A stretch of 64,000 bases of DNA. Source: Pecten maximus. Its lineage: Eukaryota. Below are positions 1-12,700 of this stretch, piece after piece; within the stretch, counting starts at the first letter, position 1; every line of letters begins with the position of its first letter. Where the stretch lies: contig NC_047020.1 of assembly GCF_902652985.1 (NCBI RefSeq), positions 23,622,001-23,686,000 on the forward strand, written 5' to 3'. Below the pieces are notes generated by a model, which ran no database searches, was not told where the DNA came from, and saw only the letters and a program-made list of their open reading frames with translations. Made by a program: the position numbers and the translations under genes.

Positions 1-99
1 CATGGCCCCAGCAACTTATTTAGGTCCTTATTTCCCTTTAGTATCTACCTGTAATAATATAGCAGATGTGAACACCTCCAAAAACACCCAAAAGATATT

Positions 100-260
100 A
101 CATTTACCTGTGTATCACGTTAACATTACAGTTATTAAATTTACCTGCGTATCACGTGCACGTAAATTTTTAAACATTACACTTATTAAATTTACCTGTG
201 TATCACGTAAACATTACACTTATTACATTTACCTGTGTATCAAGTTAATATTACACTTAT
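100..260. repeat. Degenerate tandem repeat, core ATTTACCTGTGTATCACGT..AACATTACA
   Basis: About 4 imperfect copies. Confidence 0.6.
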
Positions 261-580
261 TTCTTACATAAGTCTGATTGAAAATTAATGGTATCAAATA
301 CATTCAACTTCATTGATAAAGTCTTAAAAATCTCTATATAGGTGGAAGCACACTTGCCAACGAAGAATGACAGAAAATGATGGGAAGAGCTGTGATGACA
401 ATAATTCACACCAACTGTGACATGCAGTAGCTGGGGACTGCAGGAAAGTTAACAGGTTAGTGGGATATTAGATATGGGATCCATGCTGTCGAAGGAAATC
501 TACAGCAAACAATACATATCCTATTGTCTGAAACAATACATATCCTATTGTCTGAATTGTTAAGTATGTTCTGTATATAT

Positions 581-1162
581 ATTACATCTCCTTTCGACTC
601 CTACAGTATCTGACTCAAACATTCCATCCCTCATACAAACTCTAATAATATTTATTTTTGGCTCCTACAGTATCTGGACTCAAAAGTTCCATCCCTCATA
701 CAAACCCTAATAATATTTCTTTTGGGATCCTACAGTATCTGACTCAAAAGTTCCATCCCTCATACAAACCCCAATTACATCTCCTTTTGACTCCTACAGT
801 ATCTGACTTAAAGGTGCCACCCCTCATACAAACCCCAATTACATCTCCTTTTGACTCCTACAGTATCTGACTTAAAGGTGCCACCCCTCATACAAACCCC
901 AATTACATCTCTTTTTGACTACTACAGTATCTGACTCAAACGTTCCACACCTCATACAAACCCCAATTACATCTCTTTTTGACTCCTACAGTATCTGACT
1001 TAAAGGTGCCACCCGGGGCCCCTCATACAAACCCCAATTACATCTCCTTTTGACTCCTACAGTATCTGACTCAAACGTTCCACCCCTCATACAAACCCCA
1101 ATTACATCTCCTTTTGACTCCTACAGTATCTGACTCCAGCATTCCATCCCTCATACAAACCT
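581..1162. repeat. Minisatellite, about 60-bp unit (TTTGACTCCTACAGTATCTGACT...CCCTCATACAAACCCCAATTACATCTCC)
   Basis: About 9 copies read directly. Confidence 0.9.
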
Positions 1163-2190
1163 GATTTTTCCTGGTTTGGTAGTTTTGATTTTTTTTTTAC
1201 CTTCGTTTTCTGACTTAGCAGATCATGGCTATTATTGAGGAATTTAGAGGTCTATAGTCATTGTTGATATTCCTTATTACTAAGCACCATCAACACCATA
1301 TTCCTTATTACTAAGCACCATCAACACCAAAGTCAAATCAAAGCAAAATGTAATGCTATAATACTGCTAGGAGTTGTCTCCCCTACTACACTCAATGTGT
1401 AAGGCTGTACCCTATGAAAAGTGATCTGTGTACACAGACAGGGATAGAAAACAGGCATAGGAACCAATCACACCAGATCAGAAACTGGAGAATTAGACCA
1501 AATACATGCAGGCAGTCCAAACTGGGGAATGTTGGTACATCAAGTGTTCTAAACAGTCAATGTGGGAGTCGATTGAAGCAAATGGAATGAAGCTATCAAT
1601 ATATTTTCACTTTAAGTAAAGTTAATGTGTTTATAGAGAGTGGTGATCTCTTGGTCTCTTTATCAGGCTGGTGCAGTAACACTTGGTAAATTAACAAGTT
1701 AGAAATGAGGGAGATAAAAAGCAAACTTGGTCGCTGTACATGATATCATACCCATGCCTCCTCTGTCGTAATAATAGTTTAAAACCCACTGTTAATACCT
1801 AGCTTGCACAGTATCATCCTCCGATGCTATTATGAAAAATGAAATACAATGTATGATTTATGAGTCAAAAAATCTTGCATGATGGATCTCGAAATTGGAG
1901 AAAATTAAACAAATACAATTTCAACCAGGATTACAATAGTGTACAACAATAGAATAAATACAACAATGATGTAACAATGTTTCAGTAATGTTAATTGTGC
2001 ATGTCCAAATTGCAACAATACAATGCTATACTATACCTAGGCCACCTGGTCAGACTCAGTGTCAATGATAGTGGAGTATACACATTAAGATGTAAAATGT
2101 GGGGACAATAATGCAGGCATACTGCTTTTGTTAATAACTTCTTCCTGACATATTCACTCCTTTACTGTATCCTATCAGGCACATGTTATT

Positions 2191-2448
2191 TAACAAGCAT
2201 GTCCCCTACCAGCCCCCGCTAAAAATAGTAACATTGACCTTGACCTTTACCAAAAAACTAAAACTTGAACTTGGTCTGTAGCTACTCATACTGAAGTTAC
2301 ATACCAACTTTCACCATGATACCTTGCATGGCTGAGAAAAGTGCGGAAAACTGAGTGGATGAACAGACAGGCAGACAGAGAGACAGAGAGACAGACGAAC
2401 AGAAAGGAAACCTATAGTCCCCCTGGTCTCACCGGTAGGGGACTAATA
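2191..2448 (+). mobile_element. Short Helentron/HINE-like non-autonomous element
   Basis: Starts AACAAG, has TGACCTTGACCTT, a GACA microsatellite and a terminal hairpin TAGTCCCC...GGGGACTA; GTCCCC recurs near both ends. Confidence 0.55.
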
Positions 2449-3708
2449 AATAGCTGAATACAAGTAAATATAATGTCTGTGTAGCTGAATTAGGAGAGAA
2501 CAGCTGGCCGACTGACCACTTCTGTTCGACCCAGCTCAGGTCGCCCCTAGGCAAGTATTTAACCCCACTCAGACAACCAAATCTAGTCCATCACTGACAC
2601 AATATTCCTACTTACAGGTATATATAGTATCTCCTATTCACAACATCACTGTGGTTGGCACATGCTCATTTATGTTTTAAAACAGCTGCTTCTTGGTGGC
2701 TTTTTTTGGTAATATGTTTAATTTCTATTCATTTAAACATATTATGAAGCAGTTATTTTATACTGTTGAATGAATTTCAATATGATTAAGGTTGATGATT
2801 ATATCAGCTAATATCAAACTAAAGTAAACTTCTCCAAATCTTCTTGCTTTTCATTGAAAATATATCAGCTACACTGTAAGATGCCAACTTATGAAAACTA
2901 GACAATGTAATCAGGAGGAAATAATGGACGATTACCTTACAGACGTAAATTCTGAGGAATTTGATTCTACCTGACGATGTTTACAGAGAAGGACATACAG
3001 CATACGAGATATAATTTCGACCATATCTGTTTGTTCCATGCAGGTTTATAGAACACAGACCATGCAGAAACAACCAACTCCTACAAACCTGCAGCATCAA
3101 TCTTGAGACATGGCTATTAACTGTTGACTAGAACCTGTACTGTCTCCTAAAACAGAAATCTCAGCTACACATTTTCATGTGACCCAACATGTAGGGATTC
3201 TAAGGTTTTTTGTATTTATTTATTCTGTAAGGTATCGACAACAGAAAACTTTGCTACATTTCATATGTTTACCAACTTCTAGGGGTTAAAGTGTTTTTTT
3301 TTTCATATCATCTTCCTTCATGGACACAATCCCCTTGCTGGGTTCTCCTAATTGATAGGGAGGTAACAGAGTAACAGTACCTTTTTTCAACAGAGACTAT
3401 TGGTTTGGAGGGGAAAGCAGTTTCAAATAAAAAAAAAAACTTCCATGTAGAGACATACATTTGATATTACCGGGTAGCAACACAATCATATGGAGATCAC
3501 TTTTATACAAACAAGAGAACTTGGTTTGATTGACAATTTATGGCATACCAGGACACTTATAATGGGCAAGCTGAGACGTACCATAGATCATCACAAATAT
3601 ATCACTAATTCTAAACTGTAATTAGAAATGTTGATGAATCCTCGGCACCAACAGAACTACCAGAACTATTGTCTGACCACAACAAACCATGAAGACTGTT
3701 ATACAATG

Positions 3709-3737
3709 TTATCTTAATTCTGCTGAAGTTATCATTT
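3709..3737 (-). CDS. ZDHHC2/15/20: ZDHHC probable last coding exon (EMITSAELR*)
   Basis: TTACAG acceptor in the required phase 1, ending in TAA; too short for homology support. Confidence 0.5.
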
Positions 3738-6700
3738 CTGTAATTTTTTTTCCCTTAAAAAAAAAAAAGTTACAAAGCAAATTAGGATAAAAACGAATAC
3801 ATTTTACATGAGAATTCATTTTAAATGATAATATGAGAAAAATTGAGTTACTAAGTGAAAAATGAGGAGAGTGAAATAACAAGGGCAGTGAATACATAGC
3901 CTTCCACAATTACGCCTAGATTTATGTAACTAGAGACCTCATACAACCCACAGGGACTTCTTCTATACTAATGATATAATAACACCAAAACATCTTTAAA
4001 AAGAAATCATTTTCTTTTTCATCCTGTTTTACCTTTTATAAATTGAGGTTTTCTTAATACTTTTCTCTCCTAATATTTACATGAAAGTCTACCTGTACTT
4101 AATATTTACATTAAAGTCTACCTGTACCTAATATTTACGTAAAAGTCTACCTGTACCTAATTTATACGTAAAAGTCTACCTGTACCTAATTTATATGTTA
4201 AAGTCTACCTGTACCTAATTTATACATTAAAGTCTACCTGTACCTAATTTATACATTAAAGTCTACCTGTACCTAATTTATATGTTAAAGTCTACCTGTA
4301 CCTATTTTATATGTTAAAGTCTACCTGTACCTAATTTATACATCAAAGTCTACCTGTACCTAATTTATACATCAAAGTCTACCTGTACCTAATTTATACA
4401 TCAAAGTCTACCTGTACCTAATTTATATGCTAAAGTCTACCTGTACCTAATATTTACATTAAAGTCTACCTGTACCTATTTTATATGTTAAAGTCTACCT
4501 GTACCTAATATTTACGTTAAAGTCTACCTGTACCTAATTTATACATTAAAGTCTACCTGTACCTATTTTATATGTTAAAGTCTACCTGTACCTAATATTT
4601 ACGTTAAAGTCTACCTGTACCTATTTTATACATTAAAGTCTACCTGTACCTAATTTTTACATTAAAGTCTACCTGTACCTATTTTATATCTTAAAGGGTT
4701 TTGGACACATAGGGTATTTTTCCATTTTCTGTTAGCCCGACACCATAAATGTTGGCCGACACAGGTTTCCCCTCGCCTTACAAAGCTGTTTATCTATTTT
4801 AGGCCAGTTGGGGGATATTGCTGCTGGCTGAAAAATTTTAATGAGCTAGGTGGTCACGTGGTCCGACGCGTCATCTGGTTCACCTCACCAGTATCACTAG
4901 GCTAGAATCTGTCTTGTTATATGCATTTATAGAGGGAAACTTCAAAGAGCCCCATATTATTTTGTAAACATTGAAAGCAATGACAGTGAATGTCCTGATT
5001 TTATCATCTTACATGTTTAGATTTTCTTTCCACACCTCATGTCTGTAATTGTATAATCAAAATAGTAGACCAGCGGACAATATCACAACCTTGGTAATTT
5101 ACTAATATCACATTTCATCTTTTTATTTATTTTTTATTTTAAAAACCCAAACAATGGCATATACACTATAGGTCTACTCAGAGATGTAAATATCACATAT
5201 GTGATATATACATCTCTGGTCTACTATACAGTGAGGTGACAAAATGATCTCACTTGTGCAGTCTTTTTACGGTGATTAATTTTCCTAGCATTGTTAACCA
5301 TTTTATTTTTGGCATAATTTGATAAGATTTTGTACACTTTTAAGAACATGTTTTACCCTTTCCTGACGTAATATTAACATAAAAATATCCATTTCTTAAT
5401 TTTGCAAGATAAAGATTTGATAAAAATGCAGTAATTTGAAATACAGTTGTCTCATCCTGATGTTATTTAATTAGATAGTACGTAATCACAGAACTGATTT
5501 TTTTTTATCTAAGACGATACATGGGTTTATTGTACATTGAACTTTGAGGATTTCCTTTGTACATATTAAATCAAGAATTTTTAAATATTGGTTGAAATTA
5601 AAGTGTCCAGATAATTTTTTACTCAAAGCATGTTATGATGACATGTTGGAAACTAAAGATCCTTGGATTCTTTATTTTGAATCAGTAACTTTGAACTGTC
5701 AGTCTTGGGTAAATGTTTGAAGAAATCAGTTACTGTTCTGATCAATTTTACAGTAATGTATTCAAACAACGCCCTTTTTTGACAATTTCCTTAAAGAATG
5801 CTTTATGAAGGTTATGAAGGAAATGTATTTGATGTGGTGAAAATGTTACGCAGACATTCGTATTGATTTGATTAAAACATATCATTTTAAATACTATAGT
5901 ATGTTTAAACGTATTCAGTTACTCAAAGTAGAAAATATAAAAGAACTTAACAATTTAGGAAAATATTTATCACTAGCAAATAAACTAAAGGAAAGATTTT
6001 TTATAAGATTTTAAATAGAATATATTCATTTTTAATGATTATTTCTCTGTTTCCCTGTAACAAATCTGACAAATTAGCTTATTGAATTATAAATCATGTA
6101 AGAGTGGATGCCTTTGTCCATTAATGTTATATACTATTTTATCCAATAAGTTGTAAAACTTATGGAATAAAGTTGAATTTAATACAGTTGTTAAATGAAT
6201 AACGGGATCATCACTGGAGTAAATGTAAAGTATTCCCACATCACAAAACCTTTGGTAGATAGTGTGTAAATAGTGATTTAATGCGACACACATTTGGGTG
6301 TTTATAACGTTAGTTATACTATCATCTCGGCAGCAGTGAACCTGTGACCTAGGAGGCTGACCGACCTCGTTATCAGAATGAAATTTTGCATATAGGTCAG
6401 TTGTCCAGATGGGCCCATGCTGTGCCCTGTATCTCAGCGTGTATATACACAACCCCAGGAGTGTGAGGGTAATTTGACTGGCTTTTCAGAAAACCAACCT
6501 ATAGACAACTTTAACCTTTTTGTGTCTAAAACCCTTTAAAGTCTACCTGTATCTATTTTATATGTTAAAGTCTACCTGTACCTAATATTTACGTTAAAGT
6601 CTACCTGTACCTAATATTTACGTTAAAGTCTACCTGTACCTAATTTTTACATTAAAGTCTACCTGTACCTAATATTTACATTAAAGCCTACCCGTACCTA

Positions 6701-9700
6701 ATTCTCCTCCTTCCTCCATCCACCTCTGTCTCTCAGCCAGCAGACCATCACTGTCCAGGTCCACGGTCCGGGTAGGGTAGTTTACACCATCCCCCACACT
6801 GTAACACAATTATAACATTGAAAACCATATTACATGAAATATTCAAATTTCCAGCTAACAATACATTCTAAACAATAACTTTATTTTAACCTTTTACAAG
6901 AAACTTTTCGTAAAAAGTGGTCATTTTTCTGTTTTATCTTGCATAACTGCTATTCTATACTAAGTACATGTAAACAGCAGTCCTCATGGAGACTACTTTA
7001 CGATCTGGTAAGTCAATGAATCAAAAACAATGAATTTGGCAATCAGTAAAATATTGTATTGTAGTTAACAAATCAAGGCAATAAAAAGACTGCCTAAGAG
7101 TTTAAGCCTAAAACAAAGCTTAGAATTTTCCAAAGAATATTATTTAAATGTCTATATTTTTCAAGAAGATATCAGGATGTAGAAAATGTTTGTCACAATT
7201 TATTTAGACATATGAATTGGAGAAATAAGTTTCATGCAAGAGACACAGAGATGATTCAGTGAAAAGCTTAAATGCAAGACATGCATTGACTTGTAGAAGC
7301 TAAATGTTTCAAAAAGTTAATGATCGGGTAAAATTTATATGCTTAATTCAATCTGCAGATAAATATCAGGAGTGATTTAAATTATCATGTAACATGTATT
7401 GTTATTTTGATAAGTTTATAAGCATTAAAACATTTTAAGTGAAAAAGAAATATATTGGAATGTAACTGCATTGTCTGCATTAAATATAGAATTATGAACT
7501 TCCAAAGAATCATTTTATGTCTTTTAGTTTTTCTTGCTTAAACTTACGAATAAACCAAAACATAAAAAAAAAAAAATCCAGATTCTACATTATTTAGCAT
7601 ATAATACTATAATTTTTGGCTAAAGCAATCATAACATAATGACCGAAGCAGCTGACAGCTCCTTAATATTTTGAGACCAGAGTGCCCCTTCCAATCCCAC
7701 AGCTACTGGAACAATATAAGGTTAGCTCTGTAGAGACGAGAAAAATAATGGCTTTCATATACTATATAGAAATGTAAATGTATATTAAGCTGTTTAGTAT
7801 AATAATAATAATAAAAAAAAACAAACAAAAAACTCAACAATTTAATGTTGAATTTAAAATAGAAATCTATGCTACAGAATCGAAGCATCAATAATTTTAC
7901 ATATCAATGGGAAAAAAAATAAACGTATACATGGTAAATAAAATAAACAAACAGGGTTTAAGGTAAAACTAAGGCCAAATGAAAATCATTTTTTATGATG
8001 ACTGTTATATTCTGAGAGAGATATCAATATGAATCACCTGGAGTTACATACATGGATACTTTCACCTTGAATAACGAAACATAAATAATTAATCCCAGAT
8101 ATTTCTCCTTCATAATTATCTGTAAAACATTTTACAATCGTCATCTGAGAATATTTGCATTCATTTTTGTACTTTAAATGACATTGACAAAAATTCCTAT
8201 TGGGAAATGAGCAAACTTCTGTTGTTACATAAATTATATTCAAGGATAAGATATTATATAACAGTTCATGTATATAGAGGTGTCTAATTACAACAGAAGA
8301 TACACCCTTAACTAAGTTAGACATCACTAGCAAAAGCTACTGTTGAATCGGGAGCGATAACGAAGCTACTGTTGAATCGGGAGCGATAACGAAGCTACTG
8401 TTGAATCAGGAGCGATAACTAAGCTACTATTGAATTTGGGAGCGATAACTAAGCTACTATTGAATTTGGGAGCGATAACTAAGCTACTATTGAATAGGGG
8501 AGCAATAACTAAGCTACTATTGAATTGGGGAGTGATAACGAAGCTACTATTGACTTGGGGAGTGATATCAAAGCTACTATTGAATTGGGGAGCGATAACG
8601 AAGCTACTATTGAATTGGGGAGCGATAACTAAGCTACTATTGAATTGGGGAGTGATAACGAAGCTACTATTGAATTGGGGAGTGATATCGAAGCTACCCT
8701 TGAATTGGGGAGTGATATCAAAGTCACTATTGAATTGGGGAGTGATAACGAAGCTACTATTGAATTGGGAGTAATATGGAATTCATCCAGAAATATGCAA
8801 ATTGAAACCGATCATAATTGAAATTAACACCACAACTACTTGAAATTAGTTTGTTAGTAAAAAAAATATACATATAAACCTTAGCAACTACATTTTTTTC
8901 ATTTATGTGAAAATCTCCAAAGATTGAGATGGTGGTTTGGTAATTTTCTTCTCTTTAACAGAAATCATATATATATATAGTATTACACTGTGTTTCCTAT
9001 CTATACCACATCACCATTCACTGTATTAAAGAAGACACCCAAACGTTAACTCACTGTCAAATTAAAAAAGCATCATCAGTGTCTTCTTAAAATGTTGTTT
9101 CTTTAAATTTAACTTCATACCAAAAAATAAAGGAAAATCAGAAAATCTTCAAAAGCCTGTTTAAATCTGAAACTTTGGAAAAGACTGAATTCTTATTGAA
9201 ATTTCAACAACAAAAAATGTTTTAATTTAACAATAGTACACAAATCCAGTTCGTTTAACCATACAACAAAAACAAATTAAAAGAGAAGAAAATATAAAAC
9301 CAGCGGACATGCACCAGAGTAAAAGCAAAATGGTCAGAATTCTTAATTTACTTGAGACCTAGCCAAACATAGGCAAATGTATGCGAGAAATTGTATATAT
9401 TCCATAAAGAAACCTCACACCAATTCACCAGCTACAACATTACAAATTCAATATTTTAACATCCCAACCACACTTTCTGACCATTTCCCTTCAACATACA
9501 ATGGTAGGAAACATATATACATCAATAGAAAGATGCATTATCCTCAAGGACTGTTTGATAGAGTTATCTCCCCTCACAGGAAAATTAAGTGAAAACATGT
9601 TTGTGTGTGAACTGCTTCAAAACTTTATAATTTATATCTATGAGTCAAAGTATAGGCTGCTTAAGAACTTTTATAATTGGGTCAGGCCAGAGTGCTGAGA

Positions 9701-12700
9701 TTAATGAAGGCCATAACATTATAAAGGCTCATCATTATAAAGCAGCATAAGATCACTAGATAGCTCCTTAAACCCTGGCCAGATGTAAACTTTAATGCGT
9801 GACAATACAAAAGCAGCCAGTCTGTGCATTGTATTCCAGAAGTGCTATACATACCGCATGTATAATAACAAACATAGAGTATGGTAAATACTATTATATC
9901 CCAGAAACATCAAAAATTGTATTATGTACTTTTTTAATTTTTAACAAGAAAACTGAATACACACAAACATATATATATAGCGCTATTATACTAGCTGATG
10001 GGAGATGAAATTTACAGTAAATAACTACATAAATTAGTCAATATCCAGTTTATCGTTTACCTGAAATCATAATAAATATAGTAAATATTACAGAATTCGC
10101 TTTTTTTATCTGGCATACACCAGGTAAAATAATATCTGGATATTGTATACATACATCACTACAGCAATTAGCAGATTAAAGTACCTGTTGGTGTGAATAC
10201 CTAAACCAGTCAAGCCCATGCATTTAGTACCCTTAGTCAGACAGCACAACAGTGTCAACCAAACAGTCATTCTAGTGTAAGCTACAGACAAGGTACTATT
10301 AAATGGTTAACTGTTAAATTGGAAAGAGTTGTAAAAAATACTGGTGTTTCGAAAATCTGATAGAATACTCCACTCCTTAACACAACTTTCTTTTTATTTG
10401 TCAAGATCTATCAATACCAAAAACAAATCCAGTGAAATATAAACTTCAATGCATATTATTGTACATCAAAAAGATTCCCGGAAATGTTGGTTACAGTGAA
10501 AGGCAACCAGAATATGACTTTTAAAATTTGACTTGAAATTATTGTAGATCTCAACAAGTTCAGAAATAAAGTTTATGTTAATGAGGCGCAGTAGAATATC
10601 TTATTTTCATTCGACAGAGTTGCAGATGCAGAGCGTTAGTCTGGGTCATATATGACAAAGCTATGATAATGCAAATATATAGTAATGACGGTATCACACT
10701 ACGAAGTGAAGTCAGAGCTAACCTTTGTGTTTTACCCATTGTTTGGTACGTATTAGCTTGCTTCGTGCGAGTAGGAAAGGACACCCCGTCTCTTTGACTG
10801 TTATCATGGTAACCAACAAAACAAACAAAAACTTCTGTTACATTTTTCAATACATTTCATACTTAAAAACATTCATCTTGATATCCATCTCATATCCTTA
10901 TTTTTATTTGTAGCACAGATTTCTAATCGAGTTTGTATCTAGACTGAATGTTAATCAAATTTTTCACAGTACACACCAACATTTGGAACTTGTATCACAG
11001 TACAGTATATATATATTTCATACAGTACATGTACTTAAGTTTTAGTCATAGCGATATGGACTAAGAGTGTTGGGACTTATTTTCCATAGCATATTTGTAT
11101 CTGGTACCTTAAAAGGCAACAAAAAAAAAAAATTTATACAGACTACCTTGATGCTACCTTTAGAGAATATCCTCGCTGTCAGTGTGTATATTTAAATTAG
11201 CATGCATATGGATTACAACGCCAATTATCAAATGTTTCACATTTTCAATTAGCCAGACTTTGTGATTTAAAAGAAAACAAAGTCTTTTTCGTTTTTTTAT
11301 TAATTACATACTGAATGTAGGAAAACTAAACATTCATACTGTCACATGGTTTCAGTTAAAAATAAAAGTGATTCTACCAGAATCACAATGGTATAGTCTG
11401 ACGCTTTGGTTGGATTGAAAGTTCATAAAACACATGGAAGATTAAATCATTACTCTTTCTTAAAGGTCATAACAAAATGGTTCAGAATTTTCTTATTGTC
11501 AACTTTTTAACAAGCAGGAATGCAAGGACTTAATGAAACATAGAAATATTTTATGAAATTTAAGTTGAAAGGAAATCCATTTTCAACAGAATAATGATCA
11601 TTTTACATTGAAACGACAGGCAAACCAAAGAGAATTATTATCAAAAGCATAGCATAAAGCAAGCCTAGGTTTAAGGTTTCCACACATTGTCTTAACATCC
11701 AACTGAGTTGGATAGCAGGTACTTCAAATGAAAACTTATATCCTGTATTTTTCTTCAAACCTCAAGATCTGTGACAAATCTACAAAGTTTTTATGTTCAT
11801 TGCAAGACAAAATAACATGGGCTGTCAGTAATTAACTGGGGCCTTTTTCAAAAATTAGAATTTCGCTCCCTCTCTTATTTCTGTTAACATTCGAGTCAGA
11901 TAACATTTTCTATATACTTATCACCTCCTGTCCCGCGGTCCCGATATCTGTTAACATTCGAGTCAGATAACATTTCCTATATACTTATCACCTCCTGTCC
12001 CGCGGTCCCGATATCTGTTAACATTCGAGTCAGATAACATTTCCTATATACTTATCACCTCCTGTCCCGCAGTCCCGATATTTGTTAGGAAACAGATGCT
12101 CTCTATTGTTAGCTATCCAACATACACATTCTTAGAATCATGACAAGATTACTTACGTTGAAAATATAGGTAAAAACCATTGCTTCTTTGTTTCACCAAA
12201 GACTTCAATAAAGTTACTATACTTTCCCAGACTGAAGCCATTTTTATCTGGACCGCTTTGGAAAATAGGGGATCTAAACGCCTCTGAAAAACATAAAACA
12301 AAATACAATGAAATATTCAATATTTACCAGAATGTTGATTCAAGCTTAAACATTTAGGCAAAACAAAATGATGGGAGGTAAGAAATACTGCTTTTATGTA
12401 ATATTTTTGCCATTTGTTTTTTGTTTATTTTGAATATTAATGAATGTTTTATCTGACAGTAATTTACTATTTACTGTGACTGTACTTCAGCTAAAAATTC
12501 TGTGAAATGCTATTTCATTATCCTATCAGGACACAATTAGTCTACTTTGTGTCAAAATTGATATGTTGGTTGTAAGGCTTAAAACAGTCATTTGTTTGAA
12601 GTAACAATGGTTTATTTGAAGTAACAATGGTATATTTAAAGTAATAATGGTGTATTTGAAGGTACAATGGTTTATTTAAAGTAATAATGGTTTATTTAAA

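Larger units (their letters stand above)
4070..6702 (-). repeat. 29-bp minisatellite anchored on the ZDHHC exon 11 donor, split by a transposon (4070-4694 and 6536-6702)
   Basis: Minus-strand unit ATTAG|GTACAGGTAGACTTTAATGTATAA matches the real junction ATTAG|GTACGGGTAGGCTTTAATGTAAAT; roughly 27 copies. Confidence 0.93.

Noticed and set aside
342-455. Exon-like plus-strand segment (TAG|GTGGAAGC...AACAG|GTTAGT, reading GSTLANEE*)
   Set aside because: Could be the end of a neighbouring gene outside the window, but it is too short and has no recognisable homology.
6087-6452. 121-aa ORF inside the Kolobok-like element
   Set aside because: No recognisable transposase, THAP or DDE motif; non-ATG start.
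8430-8774. Leucine-rich-repeat-like ORF ([10 protein letters not shown])n
   Set aside because: A 30-bp minisatellite antisense within a ZDHHC intron; the 10-aa period does not fit an LRR.
10578-10722. Read-through of ZDHHC exon 10 giving a hydrophobic alternative C-terminus
   Set aside because: A 48-codon open stretch is compatible with chance, and a good donor at 10722 joins exon 11 in frame.
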